DNA of 32,000 nucleotides from positions 23,625-55,624 of the forward strand of contig JBHLMI010000017.1 in assembly GCA_048938295.1 (NCBI GenBank). The letters run 5' to 3'. The position numbers and the translations under genes were made by a program. The number at the start of each line of letters is the position of its first letter. The stretch's first letter is position 1. The notes below the pieces were generated by a model. That model saw only the letters and a list, made by a program, of their open reading frames with translations. It made no database searches and was not told the origin of the DNA. Source of the DNA: Promethearchaeota archaeon (GTDB lineage: Archaea > Asgardarchaeota > Hermodarchaeia > Hermodarchaeales > Hermodarchaeaceae). Positions 8,235 through 17,530 of this stretch are shown one piece after another.

Positions 8235-9615
8235 AATAAGTGAATCTTTTCATTTCATAGCGGAAATATAGCCGTGTCGAAAAGTGCCACAAAGCAAACC
8301 AGCCTGAAATGAATAAAATCCCTGCAATAGGCCAGAAAATACTCTGATAAACATTAATCAAGAAATCTAAGATGGCAAATCCTACCATTCCAAGTCCCCA
8401 AACCCCAACCATGATGGCAATTAATCCTGCCAAGCGTAAACCAAGGTGGTCAATTTTCCGTAATGTAAAATATACCCCTAATATGAGAAGCAATGGAGCA
8501 ATCAACAGCAGTAATGAAAACGGCCAAGAAATAATGACACCGGGAATGAACGGAATCAGAAAGAGGGTAAGAATTGCTAAGACACTGCTTGCCAGCGTTA
8601 GGAACGCCACTGAGACTGTTATACGTTGTTCCGTCAACGGACCCCTAGCAACGATTAATCGAGTTAATGTGAGTGGAGCCTTAGGATTACCAGAAGCAGC
8701 GATGGTTTGATTCTCATTTAAAATCGTCGGTCGCACTCTTATCTGACGCCTTTCTAACAGGCCTCCAATACTAACTAGGCTATAGAATGCATTCATTATC
8801 GCCGGCATAAGGGCAACTATTGCCACGATTTCAAGGCGCCCAATAATCGCAACTGCACCAATTGCTGCACCTACCACAAGTGATCCGGTGTCACCAGCAA
8901 ATACTCTGGCGGGGTAGCGATTATAGATGAAGTAGGCCAATAGTGCTCCAATCATGATACTTGAGAAAAGGAGACCCAAACTTGCTTCCAAAATTCCGAG
9001 TGCCATCATAAATAGTGAGGTAATTAGGAGCGCAACAAAAATGATGATGGCTGTTAAGGGCATTACTCCGTTGAACACATCGATCATGTTAACAGAATTG
9101 GATGTAACGGCGATAGCTAACGGAACCAGTATCAAGGGATACACAATTGATAGTCGGGCTTCACCCAAAAACGGCAAAAAAGGAGTAGGAACATATGCAG
9201 GTGGAAGGACAGGAATTAAACCTGCCCACATTAGAGCCCAAGTATAAAGGAGGATAGGAAGGCACGCCAAGGCAGTTAGGAGCGGTTTTACCTTCGGACC
9301 AAGAGGTTTCAAGTCATCGATGACGCCAATTAATCCTGCAATTAGAAGCACAGCCAGAAAAATCAAAATTCTAAAATCAAAAATCCCCAACCCGATTAGC
9401 CCTGAACCCAGAAAAATCACCAAACAAGCAACAGTAGCACCGAAGAGAATCCCCACACCACCCATTTCTGCGACTTCAGGTTTGTCCAATTTATGAGCAT
9501 CGATACCAACAACACCCCTATGCTTCATCGCTCGAATCACATAGGGCATAACGAAGACCGTCACAATGAAGGCTATCAAAAGTCCAATTAGTGCGAGAAT
9601 AATGACTGGTATCAC
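8215..9615 (-). CDS. UDP-GlcNAc:polyprenyl-phosphate GlcNAc-1-phosphotransferase (AglH/DPAGT1/MraY family) with C-terminal TM extension
   Basis: HKLDKPEVAEMGG, GLIGVIDD, NSVNMIDVFNG and YNRYPARVFAGDTG motifs. GTG start. Confidence 0.9.
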   Translation of the reverse strand: MIPVIILALIGLLIAFIVTVFVMPYVIRAMKHRGVVGIDAHKLDKPEVAEMGGVGILFGATVACLVIFLGSGLIGLGIFDFRILIFLAVLLIAGLIGVIDDLKPLGPKVKPLLTALACLPILLYTWALMWAGLIPVLPPAYVPTPFLPFLGEARLSIVYPLILVPLAIAVTSNSVNMIDVFNGVMPLTAIIIFVALLITSLFMMALGILEASLGLLFSSIMIGALLAYFIYNRYPARVFAGDTGSLVVGAAIGAVAIIGRLEIVAIVALMPAIMNAFYSLVSIGGLLERRQIRVRPTILNENQTIAASGNPKAPLTLTRLIVARGPLTEQRITVSVAFLTLASSVLAILTLFLIPFIPGVIISWPFSLLLLIAPLLLILGVYFTLRKIDHLGLRLAGLIAIMVGVWGLGMVGFAILDFLINVYQSIFWPIAGILFISGWFALWHFSTRLYFRYEMKRFTYFKPVNS

Positions 9616-9756
9616 TGTTCATTAGCCTCTTATTCGATTGAGGGTAAGCTCAGTCAAGCTCTACCATGCCTTAAAAAGTCATTCATACACTTCTACGAAG
9701 GGGGGTAGAAATTAAATACACTATCCTAAAATGCTCTGTATCAGGGAGGAAACTGT

Positions 9757-11949
9757 TTGTCAGATCTCGAACGACTCGATCAAATACCAGGCGTAGGACC
9801 ACGTTTGGTACAGAAACTCATTGATGTATTCGGTTCAGAAGAAGCAGCCCTAAGCATAATAACAAATGCACAGGTTGCTACCCTTGCAGCTATTCCGGGT
9901 GTTGGAAATAAAAAAGCCCTCGATATCGTGCAGGAAGCCTATGCCCTCCGCGAAGGAATTAGTCCCTTTGAGGTATTGAAAACCGAAGACATCAAAGAGC
10001 TTTATTCACAAATTCTTGCAATAATCCAAACATACGCAAATAGTATTTTTGCAAAAGACAAGCTGTCACTCTATTACCCATTGCCTTCGGTTAAAATCGA
10101 TATCATCAACCAACGGCTAAGTTGGTTTCAGCAAGCAGAAGAGCTGGTGAAAAAATGTAATCAAGATCAACTCAATCAACTAGGAAGCCTTCTGGCAAAT
10201 GCGAGGCCCCTTAGACGTGGAACGAACCTTTCCCTAGCAACTTGGAGAGTGATAGTAACAGATAACGAAGCTGCCTATCAACAATTGAAAGAATTCAAGG
10301 CAGAAAAGACTTCAAGAGTTATCCAACTAAAACCTGGCGAACGACTAGACGAGTACCTGAAATCATATGATTATGTAATCGCATCACTTGAAATGGGTAG
10401 CATGAGTGGGGCCGCAGAACATGCGGGAAACCTAGACCTTCTAAAAAGTGAATTTACCCTTGTTGATGTTTCTCCTGAATCTATTATCTCCTTTTATGCA
10501 ACCAATCATGAAACAATCCTTGCCATTTGCGCTGCAGCTGAAGCAATGGCCAAACTCCCCTCAACACCTGCTCTACAAAGATTCACAGAACGAATTGACC
10601 TTCCAACCCTAACTACCCTTGTTGCACTCGTTGACAAGATTACTAGCTCCGGAGACCTATCTGTTGGTGCGAATGCGGACTATGACCGATTACGGGCAGC
10701 AGCACAAACATTTGAGACCAAGCTAAGTGAGACAGAAATTTGGGCGAACAACAAAATTCGCGAAGAAATATCTAGTAGCCAAGTAGTGCTTGAGGGAGAC
10801 CAAATCATCAACATCTTAGAAGCAACCACCTCAGAGGCCATAGGCGCAGAACAGCTTCGTCAGTATCTTCCTCCTCAAGTTTTCGAAATTCTTATCTCAG
10901 CATTACAGGAATCAGAAGACCACTTAGCCAAAATACTTCAACTCACCCGTAATGAACTAGAGTGGGTAGATGGTATCTTTTCACAAAGTGTTGTACTTCC
11001 GATTCAGGCGAATCGACAACAAGCCAATAATTTGCAAAACAATATTCGGAGAGCAATGCATGCACGGGAACACAAGCTAAAAACAGAAATAGCAATGAAG
11101 CTCGTTCAATTTGAACAGCCTATCAAAGATGCCGTACAAACGCTATTAGATTTTGATGTGTTCCAAGCCATCGGACAGTTTGCCCGGGATTATCAACTCT
11201 CAGTGCCTATAATTAATCCTAACGGCGTAGGCATCGCATTTCAAGAAGGACGCAATATTTTCCTTACTCACGAGGCACTAAAAGAAAAACTCGAAGTAGT
11301 CCCAATATCCTATGTAATTGGCAAGAACGGTTGGAATCCTACAGATACGAGTGGAGAACGTGTAGTACTCTTGTCAGGAGCGAATAGTGGAGGAAAAAGC
11401 TGTTTACTTCAAAACGTGGCACAGATCGCGATTCTTGCCCAAATGGGAATGCTCGTACCTGCAGCAAAAGCAGAAGTAGGCATTTTCGATGAGTTGTACT
11501 ATTATGCCAAAGCAACTGGAATGTTATCGGCAGGTGCATTTGAGTCCTCATTGAATAATCTGGCAAATATTGTACTCAGCGACGCATCAAAACTGGCTTG
11601 TTTCGATGAATGGGAGGCAAGTACTGAACCCGGTGCTGCAGCAAAGGTTGTTGCTGCTGTTCTTGAGCTCTTTTCTGAGAACCCCAACTCCTGTGTGATA
11701 TTTATCTCCCATTTAGCAGAAGACATCACCCAACTAGCCCGTGTACCAATTCGCGTTGATGGTATTGAAGCAACCGGATTAGATCCTCAACTAAATTTGA
11801 TAGTGAACCGCTCCCCACAGTTCGGAAAAATCGCCAAATCAACACCTGAACTCATTGTCGAACGCCTCTACAGGTCTGCTAAAGACCGAAAACAAAAGAT
11901 ATTCCAGCGAATCCTCGAACTTGTACGAGGATCTGATACTAATCACTGA
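9757..11949 (+). CDS. archaeal MutS5-type ATPase with N-terminal helix-hairpin-helix motifs
   Basis: IPGVGPRL and IPGVGNKKA HhH motifs, Walker A GANSGGKS, Walker B CFDEWEASTEP and ISH. No mismatch-binding domain is evident. Confidence 0.88.
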   Translation: MSDLERLDQIPGVGPRLVQKLIDVFGSEEAALSIITNAQVATLAAIPGVGNKKALDIVQEAYALREGISPFEVLKTEDIKELYSQILAIIQTYANSIFAKDKLSLYYPLPSVKIDIINQRLSWFQQAEELVKKCNQDQLNQLGSLLANARPLRRGTNLSLATWRVIVTDNEAAYQQLKEFKAEKTSRVIQLKPGERLDEYLKSYDYVIASLEMGSMSGAAEHAGNLDLLKSEFTLVDVSPESIISFYATNHETILAICAAAEAMAKLPSTPALQRFTERIDLPTLTTLVALVDKITSSGDLSVGANADYDRLRAAAQTFETKLSETEIWANNKIREEISSSQVVLEGDQIINILEATTSEAIGAEQLRQYLPPQVFEILISALQESEDHLAKILQLTRNELEWVDGIFSQSVVLPIQANRQQANNLQNNIRRAMHAREHKLKTEIAMKLVQFEQPIKDAVQTLLDFDVFQAIGQFARDYQLSVPIINPNGVGIAFQEGRNIFLTHEALKEKLEVVPISYVIGKNGWNPTDTSGERVVLLSGANSGGKSCLLQNVAQIAILAQMGMLVPAAKAEVGIFDELYYYAKATGMLSAGAFESSLNNLANIVLSDASKLACFDEWEASTEPGAAAKVVAAVLELFSENPNSCVIFISHLAEDITQLARVPIRVDGIEATGLDPQLNLIVNRSPQFGKIAKSTPELIVERLYRSAKDRKQKIFQRILELVRGSDTNH

Positions 11950-12451
11950 GAGATTTCAACCGTTTTTCTCCATCGAATTCATCAATTAATTCTGCCACAA
12001 CCTTGGGCACTAATGATCTCCACTTTTCCCCTTCAAGAATTCTACGTCGAACTTCTGTTCCGGAGTAACTCTCCTTCCTGTATAATGTGAGTTTGGTTAC
12101 AGGGATATTTTGAGCTGAAAAAAGAGTGGCACCGGTTTTGGAACCAGTGTAAACAATTCCAAATCGGGGCACATATCGTCGAATATGATCAACCCACAAT
12201 GTGTAGTTATGCGCGTCTGGAACTGGGATAATTAGATAACGCGTGCAGGGAATCTCCAATCCATTCAAAACGTGCTGAACCATTATTATCCGTTCTGCAG
12301 CTGTGAATGGATTTGACGGCATATAACTGGCTTGGGCACTGCCAACGACAATAAACACCTTTTCTTCTTTGGCAAGGACCTCTTTCAAGGCGTGGAGATG
12401 ACCATTATGAAATGGTTGAAATCTACCAATGAAAAGCGCCGGATCCCCCAT
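11939..12451 (-). CDS. nicotinamide-nucleotide adenylyltransferase (archaeal NadM)
   Basis: FIGRFQPFHNGH, VGSAQ..NPFTAAER and SGTEVRRRI motifs. Confidence 0.93.
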   Translation of the reverse strand: MGDPALFIGRFQPFHNGHLHALKEVLAKEEKVFIVVGSAQASYMPSNPFTAAERIIMVQHVLNGLEIPCTRYLIIPVPDAHNYTLWVDHIRRYVPRFGIVYTGSKTGATLFSAQNIPVTKLTLYRKESYSGTEVRRRILEGEKWRSLVPKVVAELIDEFDGEKRLKSLSD

Positions 12452-12466
12452 ATTACAACACCACTA

Positions 12467-13048
12467 CTACTTAACAAACGACTTCAGATTCACTGTTCCA
12501 TCACTGTTAAAGAGCACTCCTTCCGCTCGTAAAATCCTTGCTTTCTCTTTCGTTCCACTTACAGTTCCACCAAGTTTTCCTAATCTACCATCAGAATGAA
12601 TCACTCGGTGACAAGGAACTGCCCACGGAACCGGATTGCTCCTCATGACAGATCCCACCCCTCGGGGTGAAGAATTGCAGCGTTGAGCTAGACCACCATA
12701 CGATACTACTCTTCCTCGTGGAACCTGAAGTAACCGTTTCGAAACAGTCAATCGCGCAGAAGACCAATTCTTAACGGAGATTTCATCCAGAGAAAACGAG
12801 TCGCCCTTACCTTTAAAAAGCGCCGTAAGACGAGTGCCAATTTGTGGAGCGGCTAACGATTTTAACGTCTCATCAACCTCACTTAAACGCTTTAAGCGAT
12901 GAAGAGCGCCCATGAGACTTCTCTTAGCCTCCTCTTCAGAGTGCTCTGATGAAGTACAGGCTACAAGTTTTTCACTACCAGCTTCCATTGCATATACTAT
13001 CCATCGACTCGGCGCTACTCGGATAGAACCAATACTAACTGAGTTCAT
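12467..13048 (-). CDS. ogt: methylated-DNA--protein-cysteine methyltransferase
   Basis: VPRGRVVSYGGLA..RGVGSVMRSNP..VPCHRV active-site motif. Confidence 0.93.
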   Translation of the reverse strand: MNSVSIGSIRVAPSRWIVYAMEAGSEKLVACTSSEHSEEEAKRSLMGALHRLKRLSEVDETLKSLAAPQIGTRLTALFKGKGDSFSLDEISVKNWSSARLTVSKRLLQVPRGRVVSYGGLAQRCNSSPRGVGSVMRSNPVPWAVPCHRVIHSDGRLGKLGGTVSGTKEKARILRAEGVLFNSDGTVNLKSFVK

Positions 13049-13098
13049 TAGATAAGCACTTTAACTCAACCTCTATAAAGGAATTTCAGTGAAGGAAA

Positions 13099-14166
13099 AT
13101 GGTTGTCGAAATTGATGGATCCGTCTTAGAAGGAGGAGGGCAAATGGTTCGCTCTGCAATCGCTTTTGCGGCTGTTTTGGGTGAACCTGTCATTGTCAAG
13201 AAAATCCGAGCGAAGCGAAAAACACAAGGATTACGCCCACAACACCTCCATGGAATTCTGGCAGTAAAGAACCTAACCAACGCTGAAGTAAAAGGCACCC
13301 ACGTTGGTTCTGATCGGATCGAGTTTATCCCCCATAAACGCCAAGGAGGAGAAATTTCCGTAGACATCGGGACTGCTGGAGCAATCACTCTCGTTCTTCA
13401 AACAATCATGATTGTTGCACCCTTTTGCGAACGCCCAGTCTCCGCAACCCTTAAAGGAGGAACGAATGTGGCCTGGAGCCCTCCAATTGATTACCTCCAC
13501 ACAGTTCTCCTCCCAAGACTGGAACAAATGGGATGTAGAGCTTTTATCGACACTAAAAAGCGAGGATATTACCCCCGCGGAGGGGGACGGGTAAATGCTA
13601 CCTTATCACTTGTCCATGGACTGAAACCATTAACACTAGACATCGTCAGAGAAACTCCCGTTATTACCGGTATTTCACACTGTGGTGCACTTCCTCGACA
13701 CATAGCAGAAAGGCAAGCTCAGGCTGCATACAATACTCTCACAGAAAACAAATATCGGGTCCAAAAAATCGAGATTGAACACGACGAAAAAACTCGCTCT
13801 CCAGGAAGTGGAATTTCCCTCAAGGCTGCAAACAATGGTGTCCGTCTCATAGGATCTGATGCAATAGGACGTCAGGGACTGAAAGCTGAAAAAGTAGGAC
13901 AAAACGCTGCCTTCTCTCTTCTTAAGGAACTAGATACCGGTGCATCTGTTGACCGATATCAGGCTGATATGTTAATTCCTTACTTGGCCCTCGCAAAAGG
14001 GTTCTCATCAATTTCGGTTACGGCTCTTACAATGCATGTAGTAACAAACATCCATGTAGCTGAACAGCTTTCAGAAGCCAAATTTGATGTTAAGGGAAAA
14101 TTAGATTCTCCAGCCGTAATTTCAGTTACAGGGATTGGGCTGGAAAGCCACGCAACTTCTTGTTAA
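13099..14166 (+). CDS. rtcA: RNA 3'-terminal phosphate cyclase
   Basis: IDGSVLEGGGQMVR, GLRPQH, GGTNVAWSPP, GYYPRGGG, and the catalytic His in MHVVTN. Confidence 0.95.
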   Translation: MVVEIDGSVLEGGGQMVRSAIAFAAVLGEPVIVKKIRAKRKTQGLRPQHLHGILAVKNLTNAEVKGTHVGSDRIEFIPHKRQGGEISVDIGTAGAITLVLQTIMIVAPFCERPVSATLKGGTNVAWSPPIDYLHTVLLPRLEQMGCRAFIDTKKRGYYPRGGGRVNATLSLVHGLKPLTLDIVRETPVITGISHCGALPRHIAERQAQAAYNTLTENKYRVQKIEIEHDEKTRSPGSGISLKAANNGVRLIGSDAIGRQGLKAEKVGQNAAFSLLKELDTGASVDRYQADMLIPYLALAKGFSSISVTALTMHVVTNIHVAEQLSEAKFDVKGKLDSPAVISVTGIGLESHATSC

Positions 14167-15163
14167 TGCTCTCTGCTTCCTTAACAATGCCTTGAAAAAC
14201 TTGAGCTACCCCCTCCTTGGTTAGAGTGCTGATAACCGGAATTTCTACAATATTTATCAAATTCTTTGTGCGTTGGATCTCATTGGTTGAGGCGATATCC
14301 ATCTTATTGATAACTGGGAAGATTTCTATTTCTGGAAATGTCTTACTGATTTCTTTGTACAACGCCACCTGGCCTGAAAGTTCATACCCACAGGTCAAGG
14401 TGGGATCTATTAGGAATATAATTACATCTGCTAGGTACTGAATCGCCGCAATTGCGCGTTGTTCAATTGGGTTTCGATCCTTCATAGGTCGATCAAGGAG
14501 ACCAGGCACATCCAGAATTTGACCTTCAGTAGAATCCAATTGAATGTGACCAACACTAATTTTCTTGGTTGTAAAAGGATATTCGGCAATTTCAGGTCTA
14601 GCTGAAGAAAGAACAGCTACGAGCGAGCTTTTTCCTACATTGGGAAATCCAGCAATTACCACCACAGGAAGCCTAAGATCGATTGATGGAAACCGGCGAT
14701 ATTCCAAAGCGGCTTTTCGGATAACCATCAGACGAGAATCGATTCTTCGAATTACTGATGAAATCCGACCATAGGCTGCGACTCGTATACTGCGTGCCTC
14801 AGTAGGGGTTTGGGCTTTTCGCAGATTACGGTTTGCCTCCTTGATAATGCCCCGGATGACTCGGACCGCTGAAGTAGCGGAGGCTAGAGCCTGGCGGATT
14901 TCATCAATGGTCACAACAGTGTCTGCGAGAGTGCGATAGAAGGGATGGATATTATCAAAATTTGGAAATCGCTTGACGACTTCTTCGAGCCGGGTAGTGA
15001 GGATATCATCGACCTTATTCAACTTAGCAATTTCTTTTTCTCGTGCTCGAACCTTGGGGGGCTTTTTTGATTTAGGAAGGGTAATTTTTGATGCACGAGC
15101 GAAAGCAACATCGAGTAACTCTTTGGTGTTTGGAATATACTTTAAACCGGTGAACGGGTTCAC
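14126..15163 (-). CDS. Nog1-family GTPase (large-subunit biogenesis)
   Basis: GFPNVGKSS, YPFTTK, DVPGLLDRP..RNPIE and NKMD motifs. GTG at 15163 (NPF..ELLDVAF) matches the family N-terminus; the ORF-track extension to 15274 overlaps psmB. Confidence 0.92.
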   Translation of the reverse strand: MNPFTGLKYIPNTKELLDVAFARASKITLPKSKKPPKVRAREKEIAKLNKVDDILTTRLEEVVKRFPNFDNIHPFYRTLADTVVTIDEIRQALASATSAVRVIRGIIKEANRNLRKAQTPTEARSIRVAAYGRISSVIRRIDSRLMVIRKAALEYRRFPSIDLRLPVVVIAGFPNVGKSSLVAVLSSARPEIAEYPFTTKKISVGHIQLDSTEGQILDVPGLLDRPMKDRNPIEQRAIAAIQYLADVIIFLIDPTLTCGYELSGQVALYKEISKTFPEIEIFPVINKMDIASTNEIQRTKNLINIVEIPVISTLTKEGVAQVFQGIVKEAESINKKLRGFPAQSL

Positions 15164-15243
15164 TGAACTCACAACTCTAACGTGAAGCAAGTCACAAAGA
15201 TTTTTTAACTGCTTCCCTACGTTAGCTGAGAAGGTAATGAAAT

Positions 15244-15864
15244 ATGAGCGGTCAATCTGACGATTTAACTCCATTCTTCGGTGCAGCCACCGTTGGCATC
15301 ACATTTGATAATGGTGTAGTAATTGGAGCTGAAAAACGGGTCCTTTGGGGTTATACCGTAGTAAGCAAAACAGGAAAGAAGGTCTTCCCCATAACTGACA
15401 CTATAATCGTAGGCAGTGCGGGTGTCAGTGGCGACTACCAAATGCTTTCATCTTTCTTAACGGCTGAATCTAGCCTTTTTGAACTTGAAAATCGGCGACC
15501 AATCACAGTAGGCGCGGCAGCCCAGCTCCTTTCAAACATTCTTTTCAGTCGTAAATACATGCCCTATCTCACCCAGACCCTCATCGGCGGGGTCGATCAA
15601 ACAGGATCTCATCTCTACAGTCTCGATCTTGCTGGTTCACTCATCGAAGAAAAATACGCCGCCGTTGGTACAGCCACATCGCTTGTACTTGGCGTTCTTG
15701 AAGCCAATTATGAAGAAAATCTTTCTAAAGATGAAGCCATGGACCTTGCTGTCAAAGCAATCCGTTCAGCGGCACGTCGGGATGCGATGTCTGGCGACGG
15801 AATTGACCTGCTCGTAGTCACGACTGATGGCATGGAATCAAAACACATCCCTTTAGCCGAATAA
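15244..15864 (+). CDS. psmB: proteasome beta subunit, predicted catalytically inactive (Thr1 replaced by Ala)
   Basis: Propeptide ending in G, then AATVG, AEKR, SKTGKK, GGVD and RDAMSG. The nucleophile position is a GCA codon (15283-15285). Confidence 0.92.
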   Translation: MSGQSDDLTPFFGAATVGITFDNGVVIGAEKRVLWGYTVVSKTGKKVFPITDTIIVGSAGVSGDYQMLSSFLTAESSLFELENRRPITVGAAAQLLSNILFSRKYMPYLTQTLIGGVDQTGSHLYSLDLAGSLIEEKYAAVGTATSLVLGVLEANYEENLSKDEAMDLAVKAIRSAARRDAMSGDGIDLLVVTTDGMESKHIPLAE

Positions 15865-15873
15865 CATAGCACT

Positions 15874-16830
15874 TCACTTTCTTGAGAGGAGAACCACTCG
15901 ACTAACTGTATCCTCATTCGTAACCGCATAATCAGTCTGATTAGCTAATTCTTCAGCAAAAGCCCGGATTTCTTTCATACTCGGCATATTATCCCGGGAG
16001 AGTCGCTGCATACTACCGCCCACGTGCATATAGGCCTTGCACTCAATGAAATCGGATTGTGTTGAATTGAGTATTGTTGCATATTTAGGTATGCTATGCA
16101 TGTTTCGCTTCGCGACGAGGGTCATTCGAACAACGGTTGGACAAGAATATGACGAAAGAAGGCTAAGCGACTTCTGCAACTGCTCCCAAGCATTGGGTAT
16201 CAAAGGTCGGCATAATTGTTGGTGGGTTTTCTTATCTGGGGCAACGAATGAGATGTATAACTGAGTCGGTTCTTCAATAGACTCGAGCACATGTGGATTG
16301 GTGCCATTACTCACAAGATAACTCGTCCAGTCACGATGTCGGCATTCTTCTATTAATTCGGAAAGGCGTTCATAGACCGTTGGCTCCCCAACTAAGCTGA
16401 TTGCTACATGCCGGGGATTGCGAGCTTCTTCGTACATCTTTGGGATGACCTTGGGATGGCACACGGGATTGTACCCATCGAGGATCTTTCGCTGCTCAAT
16501 GACCGCATTATCCAGTATCTCCGAAGGCTCATCGGGTATCTCCCTTTGCTGTTGACCTGAGAATCCTTCATCTCCTGGCATCGTTCGCCAGCAGAATTGA
16601 CATGACTGTGTGCATTGTAAAGTTGGAGAAAGCTGCATACACCGATGTGTAATTATTGAACCATAGAAGGTCTGTTTATAACAGGGTCGTTGCTGGGTCA
16701 ACGCTTTGTGAAGGTGATAACATTTCTTCAAAACACTATTCCTACCAATGAAACGATAACGCTGTTGACGGTAAATTTTCGCTAAATCAGTAGAAACCAC
16801 AAGATCAACCGAGGATTCACTCAGAGCCAA
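15874..16830 (-). CDS. taw1: 4-demethylwyosine synthase TYW1/Taw1 (radical SAM)
   Basis: CYKQTFYG..HRCMQLSP, CTQSCQFCWR, AISLVGEP and VSNGT motifs. Confidence 0.93.
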   Translation of the reverse strand: MALSESSVDLVVSTDLAKIYRQQRYRFIGRNSVLKKCYHLHKALTQQRPCYKQTFYGSIITHRCMQLSPTLQCTQSCQFCWRTMPGDEGFSGQQQREIPDEPSEILDNAVIEQRKILDGYNPVCHPKVIPKMYEEARNPRHVAISLVGEPTVYERLSELIEECRHRDWTSYLVSNGTNPHVLESIEEPTQLYISFVAPDKKTHQQLCRPLIPNAWEQLQKSLSLLSSYSCPTVVRMTLVAKRNMHSIPKYATILNSTQSDFIECKAYMHVGGSMQRLSRDNMPSMKEIRAFAEELANQTDYAVTNEDTVSRVVLLSRK

Positions 16831-16896
16831 TCATTTAAGTATTCTGATTTCGCAGCACCCACACACGACCACACCAGAGCTTAGGAGCAGTCAAGT

Positions 16897-17526
16897 ATGA
16901 GCCTCAAAGAAATAACCGATGCAATCTATGCAAATTTAGCTACCCAAAATGAATCCCGTGATCTTCTCATTAATGAGATGCATAAGGTGTTGAAGGTCAC
17001 ACGTGAAGCGATTTCTGCACTTCACCAAGAAGAAATTTCAAAGGCTAGGAAATCAATTAAAACGGCCAAGTCCCTCTTAAGGTCAGCTCAAACGCATCTT
17101 AAGAAGCTCAGCCAGCTTCCTGTCGTTGGGCTAGTACAGGACGCTGAAGCTGAAGTCGCTGAAGCTACACTATTCTTTGCATTTCGTCTCAAAGAGGAGA
17201 TTCCTGGTCCGGAAAAAATTGGTGTAACGGATATCGGTTATCTTCAAGGGCTGGGAGATTATGTTGGTGAACTCCGAAGGTATTCGATCGATTCCTTAAC
17301 AAATGATAATCTGGATGAGGCCAAACGAGCATTTGCACAAATGGAGGAGGTCTATGCAACCTTAATCACGTTCGATTTTCCACGCGGATTAACACCAGGG
17401 ATTCGAAGAAAAACAGATGTGGCTCGAGGACTTCTTGAACGGACTCGCGCTGATCTAAGTACAGCCATTGAAAACCGTCGTCTGCTTGAAGGAATTACCA
17501 CTTTACAAAATTCGCTTGAAAAATAA
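16897..17526 (+). CDS. translin/TRAX-family protein
   Basis: All-helical protein with EVAEA and YLQGLGDYVGELRR motifs plus LRRKTDVAR-like IRRKTDVAR. AGGAG Shine-Dalgarno upstream. Confidence 0.88.
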   Translation: MSLKEITDAIYANLATQNESRDLLINEMHKVLKVTREAISALHQEEISKARKSIKTAKSLLRSAQTHLKKLSQLPVVGLVQDAEAEVAEATLFFAFRLKEEIPGPEKIGVTDIGYLQGLGDYVGELRRYSIDSLTNDNLDEAKRAFAQMEEVYATLITFDFPRGLTPGIRRKTDVARGLLERTRADLSTAIENRRLLEGITTLQNSLEK

Positions 17527-17530
17527 GGAA

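Noticed and set aside
15164-15274. N-terminal extension of Nog1 in the ORF track (similar extensions for nfi, profilin, gap and lig)
   Set aside because: The extensions overlap neighbouring genes or promoters, and downstream starts match family N-termini and Shine-Dalgarno positions.
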